Below are positions 1 to 9,967 of a DNA stretch of 64,000 nucleotides, piece by piece. A model generated the notes under the pieces. It made no database searches. It saw only the letters and a program-made list of their open reading frames with translations, and was not told the DNA's origin. Each line of letters begins with the position of its first letter. Positions within the stretch are counted from its first letter, which is position 1. The DNA is from Methanobacteriota archaeon (GTDB lineage Archaea; Thermoplasmatota; Poseidoniia; MGIII; CG-Epi1): assembly GCA_014240255.1 (NCBI GenBank), contig JAAZXG010000001.1, positions 26,463-90,462 on the forward strand. The letters run 5' to 3'. The position numbers and the translations under genes are program-made.

Positions 1-61
1 ACTATGATTTTGTTCTAAACTTTCTTAAAGAAAGAAAAATACGTATAAACCACAACTAGAT

Positions 62-1192
62 TTACTTGTTATTTGTAGGATACCATCCAACTAATATAGA
101 CATAAAAGTTAAAAATGAACCTATACGAAATACCTCCTGGAAAGTTAAATTGACTAAAAGTTCTCCAACCAGAATACTACCTACTCCACTACCCAATAAA
201 CTAAATGAAGTAAGAAGTCCCATAGCCCTAGCTCTGAGTTGGTAAGGTACGATATCAGCTATAATTGCTCTAGCCCCCAAGAAATAAGTCATATAAATTG
301 GAGGTAAGAATGCCAAAGTCACCCAATAAATATTAGTTGTCAAAGAATATATCGTCAAACTAAAAAATACAGTTATAGTAGAAGCTCTAATTGTAATTTC
401 ACGAGGATACTCATCAACTAATTTACCAATGTATGGTGCTGAAAGTGCATGAATGACTCCACTAAGTAATACTATAATCCCCATGCCAAAACTTGAACCC
501 GTAATTTCAGTTAGATATATTGGTGAAATACTTAAGAAGAACATGTACCCCAAAAACACTAAGAAAGTTGTAAAGAATAAACGAAATAAAGCCCAAAAGT
601 ATTCACTAAAATCTAAATCAATAACTTCTCTAGGAGTGTACCTTTCAGTAGAACCCATATAACCAACAACTGCAAAGACGCCCAAAGAAGCAGTTAGTAA
701 GAAAGAAAATATGACCGTTGGATGAGATGAACCATAGTCTTCAGATATAATAAGAAAACCGCCAAGAAAAGCCCCTGCGCCCCATCCAAAACCTAAAGCA
801 GCCTCTAATTTACCCATCAATGTAGCTCTAGCTTTAGGATTCAATTCTGAGAATAATGTGGCAATCTGAACCATTCCGCCAAGGAAAAAAGATTGAAGAG
901 TTCGAACTAATATTAGTCCGATTGGGCCTAGCCAAGGCAAAGGAATGTATAAAACAGCTGAAAACATCGCACAAAGTACAACTACAGCCTTACGATTTTG
1001 CCAACGATCGGCCATAATTCCCCAAAAGATAGAACCTGCCACAAGTGCAAAATTAGGTAAACCGACAACTAAACCTAAAATTCGAAAATCTCCAAGAGCA
1101 TTCGCCTGCATTCGGACCATAGTAAAGGCTAAACCTTGAGTTAAATTATAACACAGAGCACCGAATAGGGCAATACCTATCTTATTTTGCAC
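62..1192 (-). CDS. MFS-type transporter
   Basis: 376-aa ORF, hydrophobic throughout with about 12 helix-length segments and G-rich loops typical of major facilitators. GTG start. Substrate unknown. Confidence 0.65.
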   Translation of the reverse strand: MQNKIGIALFGALCYNLTQGLAFTMVRMQANALGDFRILGLVVGLPNFALVAGSIFWGIMADRWQNRKAVVVLCAMFSAVLYIPLPWLGPIGLILVRTLQSFFLGGMVQIATLFSELNPKARATLMGKLEAALGFGWGAGAFLGGFLIISEDYGSSHPTVIFSFLLTASLGVFAVVGYMGSTERYTPREVIDLDFSEYFWALFRLFFTTFLVFLGYMFFLSISPIYLTEITGSSFGMGIIVLLSGVIHALSAPYIGKLVDEYPREITIRASTITVFFSLTIYSLTTNIYWVTLAFLPPIYMTYFLGARAIIADIVPYQLRARAMGLLTSFSLLGSGVGSILVGELLVNLTFQEVFRIGSFLTFMSILVGWYPTNNK

Positions 1193-1269
1193 TTACTGCC
1201 ATTGATACTCCTATTTAATCAATGACACTCTACCTTTTTGACGACTTAGCTATGTCATAGAAGAGAATA

Positions 1270-2052
1270 ATGACTAAAGAAAGAATTCTTTTGAAATTTG
1301 GAGGGTCATTAATAACCAAAAAAAACAGCGATATTCCTAAAATTAATATTGCTAACTTAAAGCAAATCGGAAAGATATTGAATAATAAAAAATATGATTT
1401 AATTGTGGTACATGGAGCTGGATCTTTTGGACATCCAATTGCTGAAAAATTTAAACTAATAAATGGATTGGATGAAAGTCCTGAACAGAAAAATTCAATT
1501 AAAGAAATAAGAAACCAAATGAAAGAATTAAATAAAATATTATGTGAAATTATAGAAAGCAAAGGAATGAAAACCAAATCTATAATTCCGTCTGAATCTA
1601 TGAAGACGAGAGGTGCAAAGCACATATCCCAATTTCCTAAAGAAATATTTGATCAATGCTTATTTGAGGGAAATATACCGGTTACTTTTGGTGATGCAAC
1701 GGATGATGAGATACAAGGAATTAACATACTCAGTGGTGATGTTATAATGATGGAATTAGCAAGAATATACAAACCTACTTTTTCCATTTTCATAATGGAT
1801 TATCCTGGAGTCATGGATGGTGAATTAAATTCAAAAAAAAGTAACCTGATACCTCTTGTTAATTCCAATATGATTGACAAATTTAAACAAAAAATGAAGA
1901 TTAATAATACTACTGATGTTACTGGAGGACTAATTGGAAAGTTAGAATGTGCACTTCAAATATCAAGATATAGTCAATGTTGGATAACTGATCTAGATTC
2001 ATTGCATATGGCTCTACTTGGAAACCCTACTGGTAGTAAGGTTATACAATGA
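1270..2052 (+). CDS. ipk: isopentenyl phosphate kinase (amino-acid-kinase fold, archaeal mevalonate pathway)
   Basis: N-terminal LKFGGSLIT and VHGAGSFGH motifs and about 260 aa length match the archaeal IPK family. Confidence 0.75.
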   Translation: MTKERILLKFGGSLITKKNSDIPKINIANLKQIGKILNNKKYDLIVVHGAGSFGHPIAEKFKLINGLDESPEQKNSIKEIRNQMKELNKILCEIIESKGMKTKSIIPSESMKTRGAKHISQFPKEIFDQCLFEGNIPVTFGDATDDEIQGINILSGDVIMMELARIYKPTFSIFIMDYPGVMDGELNSKKSNLIPLVNSNMIDKFKQKMKINNTTDVTGGLIGKLECALQISRYSQCWITDLDSLHMALLGNPTGSKVIQ

Positions 2053-2747
2053 AAGAACCAGGTAAGGGAGAAACCGCACAACTTTTTATTTCAATAATTG
2101 GAAAAGAAGTAAGCATAGATGAAGCCTCAGAAATATCTGGATTTAAGATAGAAAGAATAGCTGAACTGATCTCAAACCCAGACACTCTAAAATTTTTCAA
2201 GAAGAAAGGCAATAATGAACTAAAAATAGGTTGTAACTATTCTTGGGTTTCTGAAAATTTATCACAAAAAATAAAAATACGCACTAAGGAAATTGGGGAA
2301 ATTAATCAGATAATGGACACTAAATTCCCAATACATGCCCAGAAATATTGGTCTGAAGGTACGGAAATTAGCAGAGATTTAATGTCAAGGACTTTAGGTG
2401 AATGGATTGAAAGTGAACTAAGCTTTTTAGCGGGATTTTCATTATGGTTTAGAGAAAAAGAATTAGATGGAAGTCTGGATTTATCAACTCTAATCTCGGA
2501 CGCAATGGGTGAAAATGTTTCTGCATCAGGAAATATTGAATTTGATAGAGAAAGACTTGAATTATTAAAAACCTTAACTACAAATGCATTAACGGCCATA
2601 AAAGATATGAGTCCAGCTGGAAAGATAGCATATCGAAGTATGGATGTTGCTGTAATTAAGGGAATATCAGATGGTGATGGAGATTATGCTGAAAAAATGA
2701 AAGGTAGGACTTTAACGCAAAAAACTGCATGGTGGAAATTTTGGTAA
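2049..2747 (+). CDS. hypothetical protein with N-terminal HTH-like segment
   Basis: ATGA overlap with the ipk stop. The N-terminus (ETAQLFISIIGKEVSIDEASEISGFKIERIAELI) looks like a helix-turn-helix. No family recognised. Confidence 0.5.
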   Translation: MKEPGKGETAQLFISIIGKEVSIDEASEISGFKIERIAELISNPDTLKFFKKKGNNELKIGCNYSWVSENLSQKIKIRTKEIGEINQIMDTKFPIHAQKYWSEGTEISRDLMSRTLGEWIESELSFLAGFSLWFREKELDGSLDLSTLISDAMGENVSASGNIEFDRERLELLKTLTTNALTAIKDMSPAGKIAYRSMDVAVIKGISDGDGDYAEKMKGRTLTQKTAWWKFW

Positions 2748-2759
2748 TATCCAATAAAA

Positions 2760-3014
2760 TTAATCTCTTGGAACTTGGGTACCAGGTTTAAAGAGATCAT
2801 TAGTGTCCTTATCTCTTTGTTGAATATTAGATTTTTTTGCTAAATCACCATTTAAATCTATAAAATACAAATAACCTTCTTCTCTTTCAATAGCGGCATC
2901 TGAAATCAAAGTCTTTTGACCTCCCTGATGCTTCCATACGGTACAATCTTTTTCAACAAAATAAAGAAAACCATCTGGTTGAGGTAATCCTAATTTCTTA
3001 ACGAGTTCGGCCAT
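2760..3014 (-). CDS. small hypothetical protein with internal duplicated motif
   Basis: 84-aa ORF joined to the L10e stop by a TAATG overlap. Contains DGFLYFVEKDCTVWK and EGYLYFIDLNGDLAK repeats. Confidence 0.45.
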   Translation of the reverse strand: MAELVKKLGLPQPDGFLYFVEKDCTVWKHQGGQKTLISDAAIEREEGYLYFIDLNGDLAKKSNIQQRDKDTNDLFKPGTQVPRD

Positions 3015-3517
3015 TATTTCTGATCAACCACTATCTTACAAGGGGTTGGAAGCTTGTGGGAAGATTTTCTCAAAGCCTCTTTAGCTTCAAGTAAAAAATC
3101 GTCAGATGTACTCAATGTAATTAATTTTTGACCTGATTTAACTCTAGCTGCAGTTCCAACAGTTTTTCCAAAAGATTTACGCATACCCATAGAAACTCTA
3201 TCTGCTCCAGCACCCTGAGCAATCTTGTTATGTCTTAATACATGATGAGGATATACTCGAACCTTCAGATGATATCCTTCACGACCTGCCGCTTCCTGAA
3301 TATATCTATTTGCAGTGACCCTCGCCGATTCTAAGGCATTATGCCTTACAAGACATTCTTCATCTGCTGATAATGTAACTTTAACACTAAAGTCGGTTGT
3401 TGCAGAACCTATGTCAAACTTAGTTATACGGCTTGCTGGAACGCCACCGATGTACTCTTTTCGAGTGTATGCTTTTTTCTTGCCCCGAAACATATGGGCA
3501 GGATTCTTCTTAGCCAT
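3014..3517 (-). CDS. rpl10e: 50S ribosomal protein L10e (uL16)
   Basis: MAKKNPAHMFRGKKKAYTRKEYIGGVP... and the rest of the sequence are typical of archaeal L10e; 167 aa. Confidence 0.9.
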   Translation of the reverse strand: MAKKNPAHMFRGKKKAYTRKEYIGGVPASRITKFDIGSATTDFSVKVTLSADEECLVRHNALESARVTANRYIQEAAGREGYHLKVRVYPHHVLRHNKIAQGAGADRVSMGMRKSFGKTVGTAARVKSGQKLITLSTSDDFLLEAKEALRKSSHKLPTPCKIVVDQK

Positions 3518-3586
3518 TTACTAACCTACTTTTTGTGCCAGATTGTGTTCTATTTAAATCTTTACGTAATCATATGCTAAGATTAG

Positions 3587-3595
3587 AGTATTAAA
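3587..3595 (+). promoter_or_regulatory. TATA-like box upstream of sucC (leaderless geometry)
   Basis: AGTATTAAA is centred about 27 nt upstream of the sucC ATG (3619). Confidence 0.3.
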
Positions 3596-3618
3596 CCCCA
3601 ATCTGTGTGTAATATGAT

Positions 3619-4788
3619 ATGAACATCCATGAATACCAAGCAAAAGGTCTATTTGCGCAGTATGATGTAAAAACACTTAGAGGCATTGTGGCTTCAAATT
3701 CTACTGAAGCTGCAGAGGCTTGTAAAGAATTAGGTGGAAAAATTTGGGTCGTTAAAGCTCAAGTACACGCTGGTGGTAGAGGAAAGGGTGGAGGAATAAT
3801 ACTGTGCCGTTCACCTGATGAAGTTTATGAAGCAGCGGGGAAATTGATTGGTTCAAGGCTAATAACTCCCCAAACTACGGCTGAGGGTGTTGAGGTTAGA
3901 AAAATATATGTTGAAGAAGGATGTAATATCTCAAGAGAACTGTATCTAGGAATTGTATTAGATAGAGAAAGAGATTTACCAGTTATCATGGCGTCAACTG
4001 AAGGTGGAGTCGAAATAGAGGAAGTTGCGAATAAAAATCCTGAAAAAATCCTGAAAGTTCATATTGATCCAATTACTGGTCTTGGAGATTGGCAAGCTAG
4101 AAAAATTGCATTTGGACTCGGATTAAAAGGCAATCAAATTAAACACTGTGCTAAATTTATGAAAAGTCTATACCATTTATTTGTAAACTTAGATTGTTCT
4201 ATTGTTGAAATTAATCCTCTTGTAGTTAGCTCTGATGATGAAATTATTGCTTTAGATGCTAAAATAAATTTTGATAGCTCGGGTCTTTTTAGGCATAACG
4301 AAATTGAAGAATTAAGAGATGTTAGTGAAGAAGAACCTCTTGAAACCAGAGCAAATAAAGTTGGATTAAATTATATTAAACTTAATGGAGAAATTGGATG
4401 TATGGTTAATGGAGCTGGATTAGCTATGGCTACAATGGATATTATCAAACTTCATGGAGGTGAACCTGCTAATTTCTTGGATGTTGGAGGAGGTGCTGAT
4501 TCTAAGCAAGTAGCTGAAGGATTCAAAGTAATCTTATCTGATCCTGAAGTTAAAGCTATATTTGTAAATATTTTTGGAGGAATAATGAGATGTGATTTTA
4601 TTGCTGAAGGAATTATAACTGCTGCAAAAGAAATCAATATGGCCGTACCATTGATTGTTAGGCTTGCTGGAACCAATGTAGAATTGGGTAAACAGATGTT
4701 GTCAGAATCAGGATTAAACTTGATATCTGCAGATAACATGAATGATGGAGCGATTAAAGCAATTAACTCAATTGGAGGTAAAGCATGA
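3619..4788 (+). CDS. sucC: succinyl-CoA synthetase beta subunit
   Basis: [12 protein letters not shown]... ATP-grasp N-terminus and full-length similarity to SucC. ATGA overlap with sucD. Confidence 0.95.
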   Translation: MNIHEYQAKGLFAQYDVKTLRGIVASNSTEAAEACKELGGKIWVVKAQVHAGGRGKGGGIILCRSPDEVYEAAGKLIGSRLITPQTTAEGVEVRKIYVEEGCNISRELYLGIVLDRERDLPVIMASTEGGVEIEEVANKNPEKILKVHIDPITGLGDWQARKIAFGLGLKGNQIKHCAKFMKSLYHLFVNLDCSIVEINPLVVSSDDEIIALDAKINFDSSGLFRHNEIEELRDVSEEEPLETRANKVGLNYIKLNGEIGCMVNGAGLAMATMDIIKLHGGEPANFLDVGGGADSKQVAEGFKVILSDPEVKAIFVNIFGGIMRCDFIAEGIITAAKEINMAVPLIVRLAGTNVELGKQMLSESGLNLISADNMNDGAIKAINSIGGKA

Positions 4789-5648
4789 GTATTTGGTTGG
4801 ATTCGAATAGTAAAATAGTGGTACAGGGTATTACTGGTAAAAATGGCCAATTTCATACCGAACAAATGCTAGATTATGGTACTAAAGTTATTGGGGGCGT
4901 TACACCGGGTAAGGGTGGCCAAGAGACTCAAGGATTACCTATATGGAATACAATGTCTGAAGCATCAGATGCTGGTGCAAATGTTTCATGTATTTTTGTA
5001 CCTCCTCCATTTGCTGCTGATGCTATAATGGAAGCTGCAGACTCGGGCATTGAATTAATCGTGGCAATTACTGAAGGAATTCCTGCACTAGACATGGTCA
5101 AAGTAAAGAAATACATTGAAAATATAGATACGCGTCTTATTGGACCAAATTGTCCAGGTATAATAACTCCTGGAAAAAGTAAAGTGGGCATTATGCCAGG
5201 TCACATACACAGAAGAGGAGATGTGGGAATTATCTCTCGTTCAGGAACACTAACTTATGAGGCCGTAAACCAAGTTACTGAAATCGGCCTAGGACAATCT
5301 ACCTGTGTTGGTATTGGCGGAGATCCTGTAAATGGAACAAATTTTATTGATTGTCTGGAAGCTTTTGAAAAAGACAATAATACTAAATCTATTATTATGA
5401 TTGGAGAAATAGGTGGTAATGCTGAAGAGACTGCATCTGAATATGTGAAAGAATTTGTCTCAAAACCTGTTGTTGGCTTTATTGCTGGAAGAACAGCCCC
5501 TCCTGGCAAACGTATGGGGCATGCTGGCGCAATTATATCTGGTGGAAAGGGAACTGCTAAGGCAAAGATGAATGCTATGGAGCGTGCTGGAATTCATGTA
5601 TCTGAAAATCCTTCAGAATTAGGAAAAAGACTTGAAGAGATACTTTAG
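4785..5648 (+). CDS. sucD: succinyl-CoA synthetase alpha subunit
   Basis: [18 protein letters not shown] and MGHAGAII (phosphohistidine loop) motifs. Confidence 0.95.
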   Translation: MSIWLDSNSKIVVQGITGKNGQFHTEQMLDYGTKVIGGVTPGKGGQETQGLPIWNTMSEASDAGANVSCIFVPPPFAADAIMEAADSGIELIVAITEGIPALDMVKVKKYIENIDTRLIGPNCPGIITPGKSKVGIMPGHIHRRGDVGIISRSGTLTYEAVNQVTEIGLGQSTCVGIGGDPVNGTNFIDCLEAFEKDNNTKSIIMIGEIGGNAEETASEYVKEFVSKPVVGFIAGRTAPPGKRMGHAGAIISGGKGTAKAKMNAMERAGIHVSENPSELGKRLEEIL

Positions 5649-6437
5649 TTGATGAAATTACACTGGACACTGATTCGTATTGCATATTTGGGTAAATCAT
5701 ACCATGGTTCACAGATACAGCCTAATGTAATTACAGTAGAGCGTATTTTAACTGAAAAACTTGAAGAATGTGGGGCCTCAAAACCTAAATTTGCAAGTCG
5801 AACTGATAAAGGTGTCAATGCAATTGCTAATATTATCCTAACTAGCTCTGAAAAAAGTAGTGAATTATTAGCTGGTAAATTAACTGAAAAATTGAGTGGC
5901 CATGATATATGGGTTAATGGATTCTGTGAAGTTAAAGAACATTTTAACCCTAGAAAAGCTACTTCAAGATTATATCGCTATTTAATTTATGGAAATTTGA
6001 ATGTAGACGAATTTAGTAAAGCAATGAAAACTTTTGAAGGTATACATAACTTCGAAAAATTTTCAAAAAAAGATAAAAGAAACAACCCTAATCCAGAAAC
6101 TGAAGTTTTCAATATCTCTATAAGCAAAATCAGAAATGGTTTAGCATGCGATATAGAAGGGCGATCATTCCTGTGGCATCAGGTTAGAACAATGGTAGGA
6201 GCTGCATGCGATGTGTGTAGAGGTGCAAGAACTGTAAAGGACATAAGAAAAGCTTTAGATGGTGAATCTATATATTTTACAGTTAGTAAACCTGAATTTC
6301 TCACATTATTACAAGTAAATTATGAAAATATATATTTTGAAAAATTAAAAACACCCCGAGAAGTGATTAAAAAACATAAGTTGGTTCTTGCTGAAACAGC
6401 ATTCTGGGATAACATAGTTAGTTATCTAGATAAATAG
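5649..6437 (+). CDS. truA: tRNA pseudouridine synthase TruA/Pus1 family
   Basis: Catalytic-Asp motif SRTDKGVNA and FLWHQVR motif. The start may be the ATG at 5652. Confidence 0.8.
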   Translation: MMKLHWTLIRIAYLGKSYHGSQIQPNVITVERILTEKLEECGASKPKFASRTDKGVNAIANIILTSSEKSSELLAGKLTEKLSGHDIWVNGFCEVKEHFNPRKATSRLYRYLIYGNLNVDEFSKAMKTFEGIHNFEKFSKKDKRNNPNPETEVFNISISKIRNGLACDIEGRSFLWHQVRTMVGAACDVCRGARTVKDIRKALDGESIYFTVSKPEFLTLLQVNYENIYFEKLKTPREVIKKHKLVLAETAFWDNIVSYLDK

Positions 6438-6471
6438 TAAACTTTATATAGAAGTTTTGAAGAAGTTGCAC

Positions 6472-6696
6472 ATGATATGCCTAGGAAAAGTTTCTCACCT
6501 TAATTCCAAGAATTTAGCAATCGTTTTAGCTAAAGAAAAGGTAAACAAAAACACAAAGATTTTTGATTCAGAAATGAAACTAGTTGGAAGAGTCGTGAAT
6601 ATTTTTGGGCCTGTAAAAGAACCTTACCTAGCTATTTCTGCCAACAAAGGATTCAGAATAACTAGATTAGTTGGTAGAGAGGTCTATAGAAAATGA
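6472..6696 (+). CDS. gar1: H/ACA RNP component Gar1
   Basis: LVGRVVNIFGPVKEPYLAI matches the Gar1 core motif. ATG at 6472 preferred over the TTG at 6457. ATGA overlap with tfb. Confidence 0.75.
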   Translation: MICLGKVSHLNSKNLAIVLAKEKVNKNTKIFDSEMKLVGRVVNIFGPVKEPYLAISANKGFRITRLVGREVYRK

Positions 6697-7469
6697 AACT
6701 TAAATGTCCCGAATGTGAATCACTAAAAATTAAAGATGAAGGTGACAGTGTTATGTCATGCAATGATTGCGATTTAATTTTTGATTCAGGACCTAAATGG
6801 ACCAGTTATAATCCCGACACAGTTGTTCCATCAATTCCCCAAGAACAAAATATAAATTCTAGAACCATTATGAAATGGCAGAAGGAAACAAGAACTGGAA
6901 ATTTAGCTAGTAGAAGTATCCTTCTAGCTTCGGATGAAATCGAACGAATTGCATTTGATTTAAAAGTAGATAATACTATCAAAGAATCTGCATTAGAAAT
7001 ATTTTCAAGCTCATCTAAAGCTGGACTTGTAAGAGGAAGAAGTAGTGAAAAAGTTGCTGCAGCTGCAATCTACACTGCATGCCGGATGGAAAATGTTCCT
7101 AGAACTCTTGATGAAGTTGCAGATAAAACTAACTTAAATCGAAATGAATTGAGTAGATTACACCGATTAATAACACGTAAGCTTAAACTAAAAATTAGTA
7201 TTACAAATACCTCAAATCTTCTCCCACGTTTCTCAGATAAACTTGCATTAAATAGAAATATAGAAATATATGCACAAGATATAATCAATACTGTAGAAAA
7301 TAGCGATTATAGACAAGGTATTTCCCCAACTGCATTACTAGGTGCATCATTATATTTATCTTGTAAAAAATATAAGGTTAGAAGAAGCCAATTAGAAATT
7401 GCTAAAGCTGTTGGCACTTCTGAAGTAACTCTAAGAAATAGAGCGAAAGAAATTATCAAACTAATCTAA
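6693..7469 (+). CDS. tfb: transcription initiation factor TFB (TFIIB homolog)
   Basis: N-terminal zinc ribbon CPEC...CNDC followed by two cyclin-like repeats. At 258 aa it is short for a TFB. Confidence 0.85.
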   Translation: MKLKCPECESLKIKDEGDSVMSCNDCDLIFDSGPKWTSYNPDTVVPSIPQEQNINSRTIMKWQKETRTGNLASRSILLASDEIERIAFDLKVDNTIKESALEIFSSSSKAGLVRGRSSEKVAAAAIYTACRMENVPRTLDEVADKTNLNRNELSRLHRLITRKLKLKISITNTSNLLPRFSDKLALNRNIEIYAQDIINTVENSDYRQGISPTALLGASLYLSCKKYKVRRSQLEIAKAVGTSEVTLRNRAKEIIKLI

Positions 7470-9052
7470 GAAATATAATAAAAATAATTCTCAGGTAATT
7501 CTAATTCAATTGCAAACATTGGGTCGGTATTAGGATCTGTGCTATCATGATAGGCTACGACGACCCCACCATCAGGTAAAATTCCCATAGAGGAAAAATC
7601 AAACCTAACATCATTACCTGCGCCTGAAGTAGCATCTAAATCTCCTAAACCAATTAAAGTTATTGAATCAGCTTCCATACTCTCACTATAATCTCTTATG
7701 TGGAAAAGAAGATCAATATCACTTGAGGTTCCATTAATCTCAGTTTGTACTCTCATTGAAATAACTGCCAAATCCAAATTTCCGTCTGCCTGAAAATCCC
7801 ACTCAAAGGTATTATCTGAAACTGATAATGCTAATGGCCATCTGTGTGTTTGATTGGTCCAAGTATAACCACCATCATAGCTAACCTGGTGTGTTAAGTT
7901 AAAAGTCCCATCACAATTTTTCGCTCCTGGATCGGCAGTGTTGCAAGAAACACTATGTAATGCACCTGAACTGTCTATGACTAGACTACGTGAAGGTAAA
8001 AAACTCCCATTTGGTAAAGTATGCCTATGCCAAGTTAATTCAGTATCCAAAAATAAATTAGTTCCATCTTCGAACCATCTCGGGAAAAGTAAACCTCCAG
8101 AAGGGATAGGTGAAGCTCTCATTTCACGATGTGGTTGCATATAATCCCATTCAGACCCCAAATCTTCAAAATATAAATCAAACTCTAAATCAGGACCACA
8201 ACGAGCATATTCTGCACTACATTCATTATCTGCACTATTTGGCACATCTAATGGCCGATAATTTAAGCCATCAACACTAATCTGATAACCTTGTTCACTA
8301 TAGCTCCAGAAATTAGAAACCACCATACTGGCCCATGGACAATTGGATGAACAAAGGTTAGTTGAAAGCTCGGGAGGTGGGTTAATAGGGCCAACAACTG
8401 GAACTTGCCATGAACGATCATAAAATGGTTCTTTGTCAAATGTATTCCAGCAATATTCCCACTCAATCTGAGTCGGGCTTGTCTTCTTTCCTAAAATCGC
8501 ATAAAATTGATCTACTCCATCAGTACTAGGATAAGGAAACCAAGTCATTGCTAAAATATCGCCATTCGGTGCTTGGATAATTGAGCCTTCACCAAGACCT
8601 GGATCAAATGTTGGATCTAATTGTCCCTCTTCACATCCTAAATCAGTATTGAATGCAGGAGGTACCCATTCATCCCAAGTAAGACCTCTATCAGTACTCC
8701 ACCATGGCCATTCCCCGCCTAAATTGTAAATTGTACCATCTTGATCCGTTGCCAAATAATGTTCACAACAATTGCCTCCGTAATTGTGCTCATCACCTGA
8801 ACCAATATTATCTGTGCCAAAAACTGCCCATAATCTTTCAGAAATAATCTCCATTGAGGAAGGATCAACCACGGAAAAATTACGAATTGGATCCATGCTA
8901 TAAGGGAATTGAGATAACTCCTCTTCAGTGACAACCAATTTAGTCACCTCAGTTGGATTCTCCTCAATTATAGTACGTTTGTCTTCGGGATTTAAACATC
9001 CCATAAAAGATAAACTCACGAACATCACAGTTACAAGGAAAGCCAAGCGCAT
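7466..9052 (-). CDS. secreted BNR/Asp-box repeat protein (sialidase-like beta-propeller), probable lipoprotein
   Basis: Signal peptide ending in the lipobox-like FMGC. Two perfect Asp-boxes, STDRGLTW and SYDGGYTW. Confidence 0.6.
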   Translation of the reverse strand: MRLAFLVTVMFVSLSFMGCLNPEDKRTIIEENPTEVTKLVVTEEELSQFPYSMDPIRNFSVVDPSSMEIISERLWAVFGTDNIGSGDEHNYGGNCCEHYLATDQDGTIYNLGGEWPWWSTDRGLTWDEWVPPAFNTDLGCEEGQLDPTFDPGLGEGSIIQAPNGDILAMTWFPYPSTDGVDQFYAILGKKTSPTQIEWEYCWNTFDKEPFYDRSWQVPVVGPINPPPELSTNLCSSNCPWASMVVSNFWSYSEQGYQISVDGLNYRPLDVPNSADNECSAEYARCGPDLEFDLYFEDLGSEWDYMQPHREMRASPIPSGGLLFPRWFEDGTNLFLDTELTWHRHTLPNGSFLPSRSLVIDSSGALHSVSCNTADPGAKNCDGTFNLTHQVSYDGGYTWTNQTHRWPLALSVSDNTFEWDFQADGNLDLAVISMRVQTEINGTSSDIDLLFHIRDYSESMEADSITLIGLGDLDATSGAGNDVRFDFSSMGILPDGGVVVAYHDSTDPNTDPMFAIELELPENYFYYIS

Positions 9053-9136
9053 AGTTAGATGAGTATGTATACCACATAAAATAGTTTAGTAGTATTTGAT
9101 AACATATTAAAAATACCCATTTACTATAGTGATTTA

Positions 9137-9967
9137 TTGAGTTCGGACGCACTAGACATACCTCCTTGTTTTGTTCCTGTTGAAAAGAAAGGATTATTTG
9201 CAACATTTAGAACTGATAAGTGGTGGATTCAGCCCCTTATCATGGCTTTAATCTTAACTACTTTCGGAATTTACACCATAATTGTACTTTTACTCGAGCA
9301 TGGAACTATTGGTAGTATTGAAAATGATTATATTTATTATAGTGAAAACGGAGCCCATTATGTAAGCCCTATCTCATCTCCTGGACCAAATGCATTGCCA
9401 TCTGAGTTACTAAGTGCTTGGCCATTACCTGCTACTTTATTGTTTATTTGGGCACCTCTTGGTTTCAGAGGTACATGCTACTATGGAAGAAGGGTTTTTT
9501 ACAGATCATTATTAGCAAATCCAGCGGGCTGTGCTGTTGATAAACCGATTAAATCCTATAATGGTGAAAATGGATTTCCTTTCATAATCATGAATTCTCA
9601 CAGGTATTTTCTATACTTAGCAATCATTTTAGCAATACTACATTGGTATCATGCATTCGAATCCTATTTTTTTGGAGATAGCATTGGATTTGGATTTGGA
9701 AGTTTTATTCTAACAATTGATGCATTGTTCCTGACACTATATGTTTCTTCATGCCATTCATTAAGAAATTTAATTGGAGGAAATGTTGATTGCATATCTT
9801 GTACTAACTATGTTAAGAAAAAAGGCAACTCTTGGATAAATTATCTTAATCAGCATCATGGCCTATATTTCTGGATTTCATTAGTTACCATAATGGCCGC
9901 AGATTTCTATATTCGAATATACTTGGGATTACTCGGAAACGAAGAGATATTTCAGTGGGTGATGTAA
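9137..9967 (+). CDS. putative succinate dehydrogenase membrane anchor (cytochrome b-like)
   Basis: Multi-helix membrane protein with several intramembrane His residues (LHWYH, CHSLRN, QHHG). Joined to sdhA by a TAATG junction. TTG start. Assignment rests on context. Confidence 0.45.
   Translation: MSSDALDIPPCFVPVEKKGLFATFRTDKWWIQPLIMALILTTFGIYTIIVLLLEHGTIGSIENDYIYYSENGAHYVSPISSPGPNALPSELLSAWPLPATLLFIWAPLGFRGTCYYGRRVFYRSLLANPAGCAVDKPIKSYNGENGFPFIIMNSHRYFLYLAIILAILHWYHAFESYFFGDSIGFGFGSFILTIDALFLTLYVSSCHSLRNLIGGNVDCISCTNYVKKKGNSWINYLNQHHGLYFWISLVTIMAADFYIRIYLGLLGNEEIFQWVM

Noticed and set aside
1230-1625. Long antisense ORFs inside well-supported genes. Examples: 1230-1625, 4452-4865, 15044-15376, 16043-16453, 19012-19311, 19393-19695 and 55194-55541.
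   Set aside because: They are shadow ORFs opposite strongly conserved genes, with low-complexity or hydrophobic translations and no independent signals.
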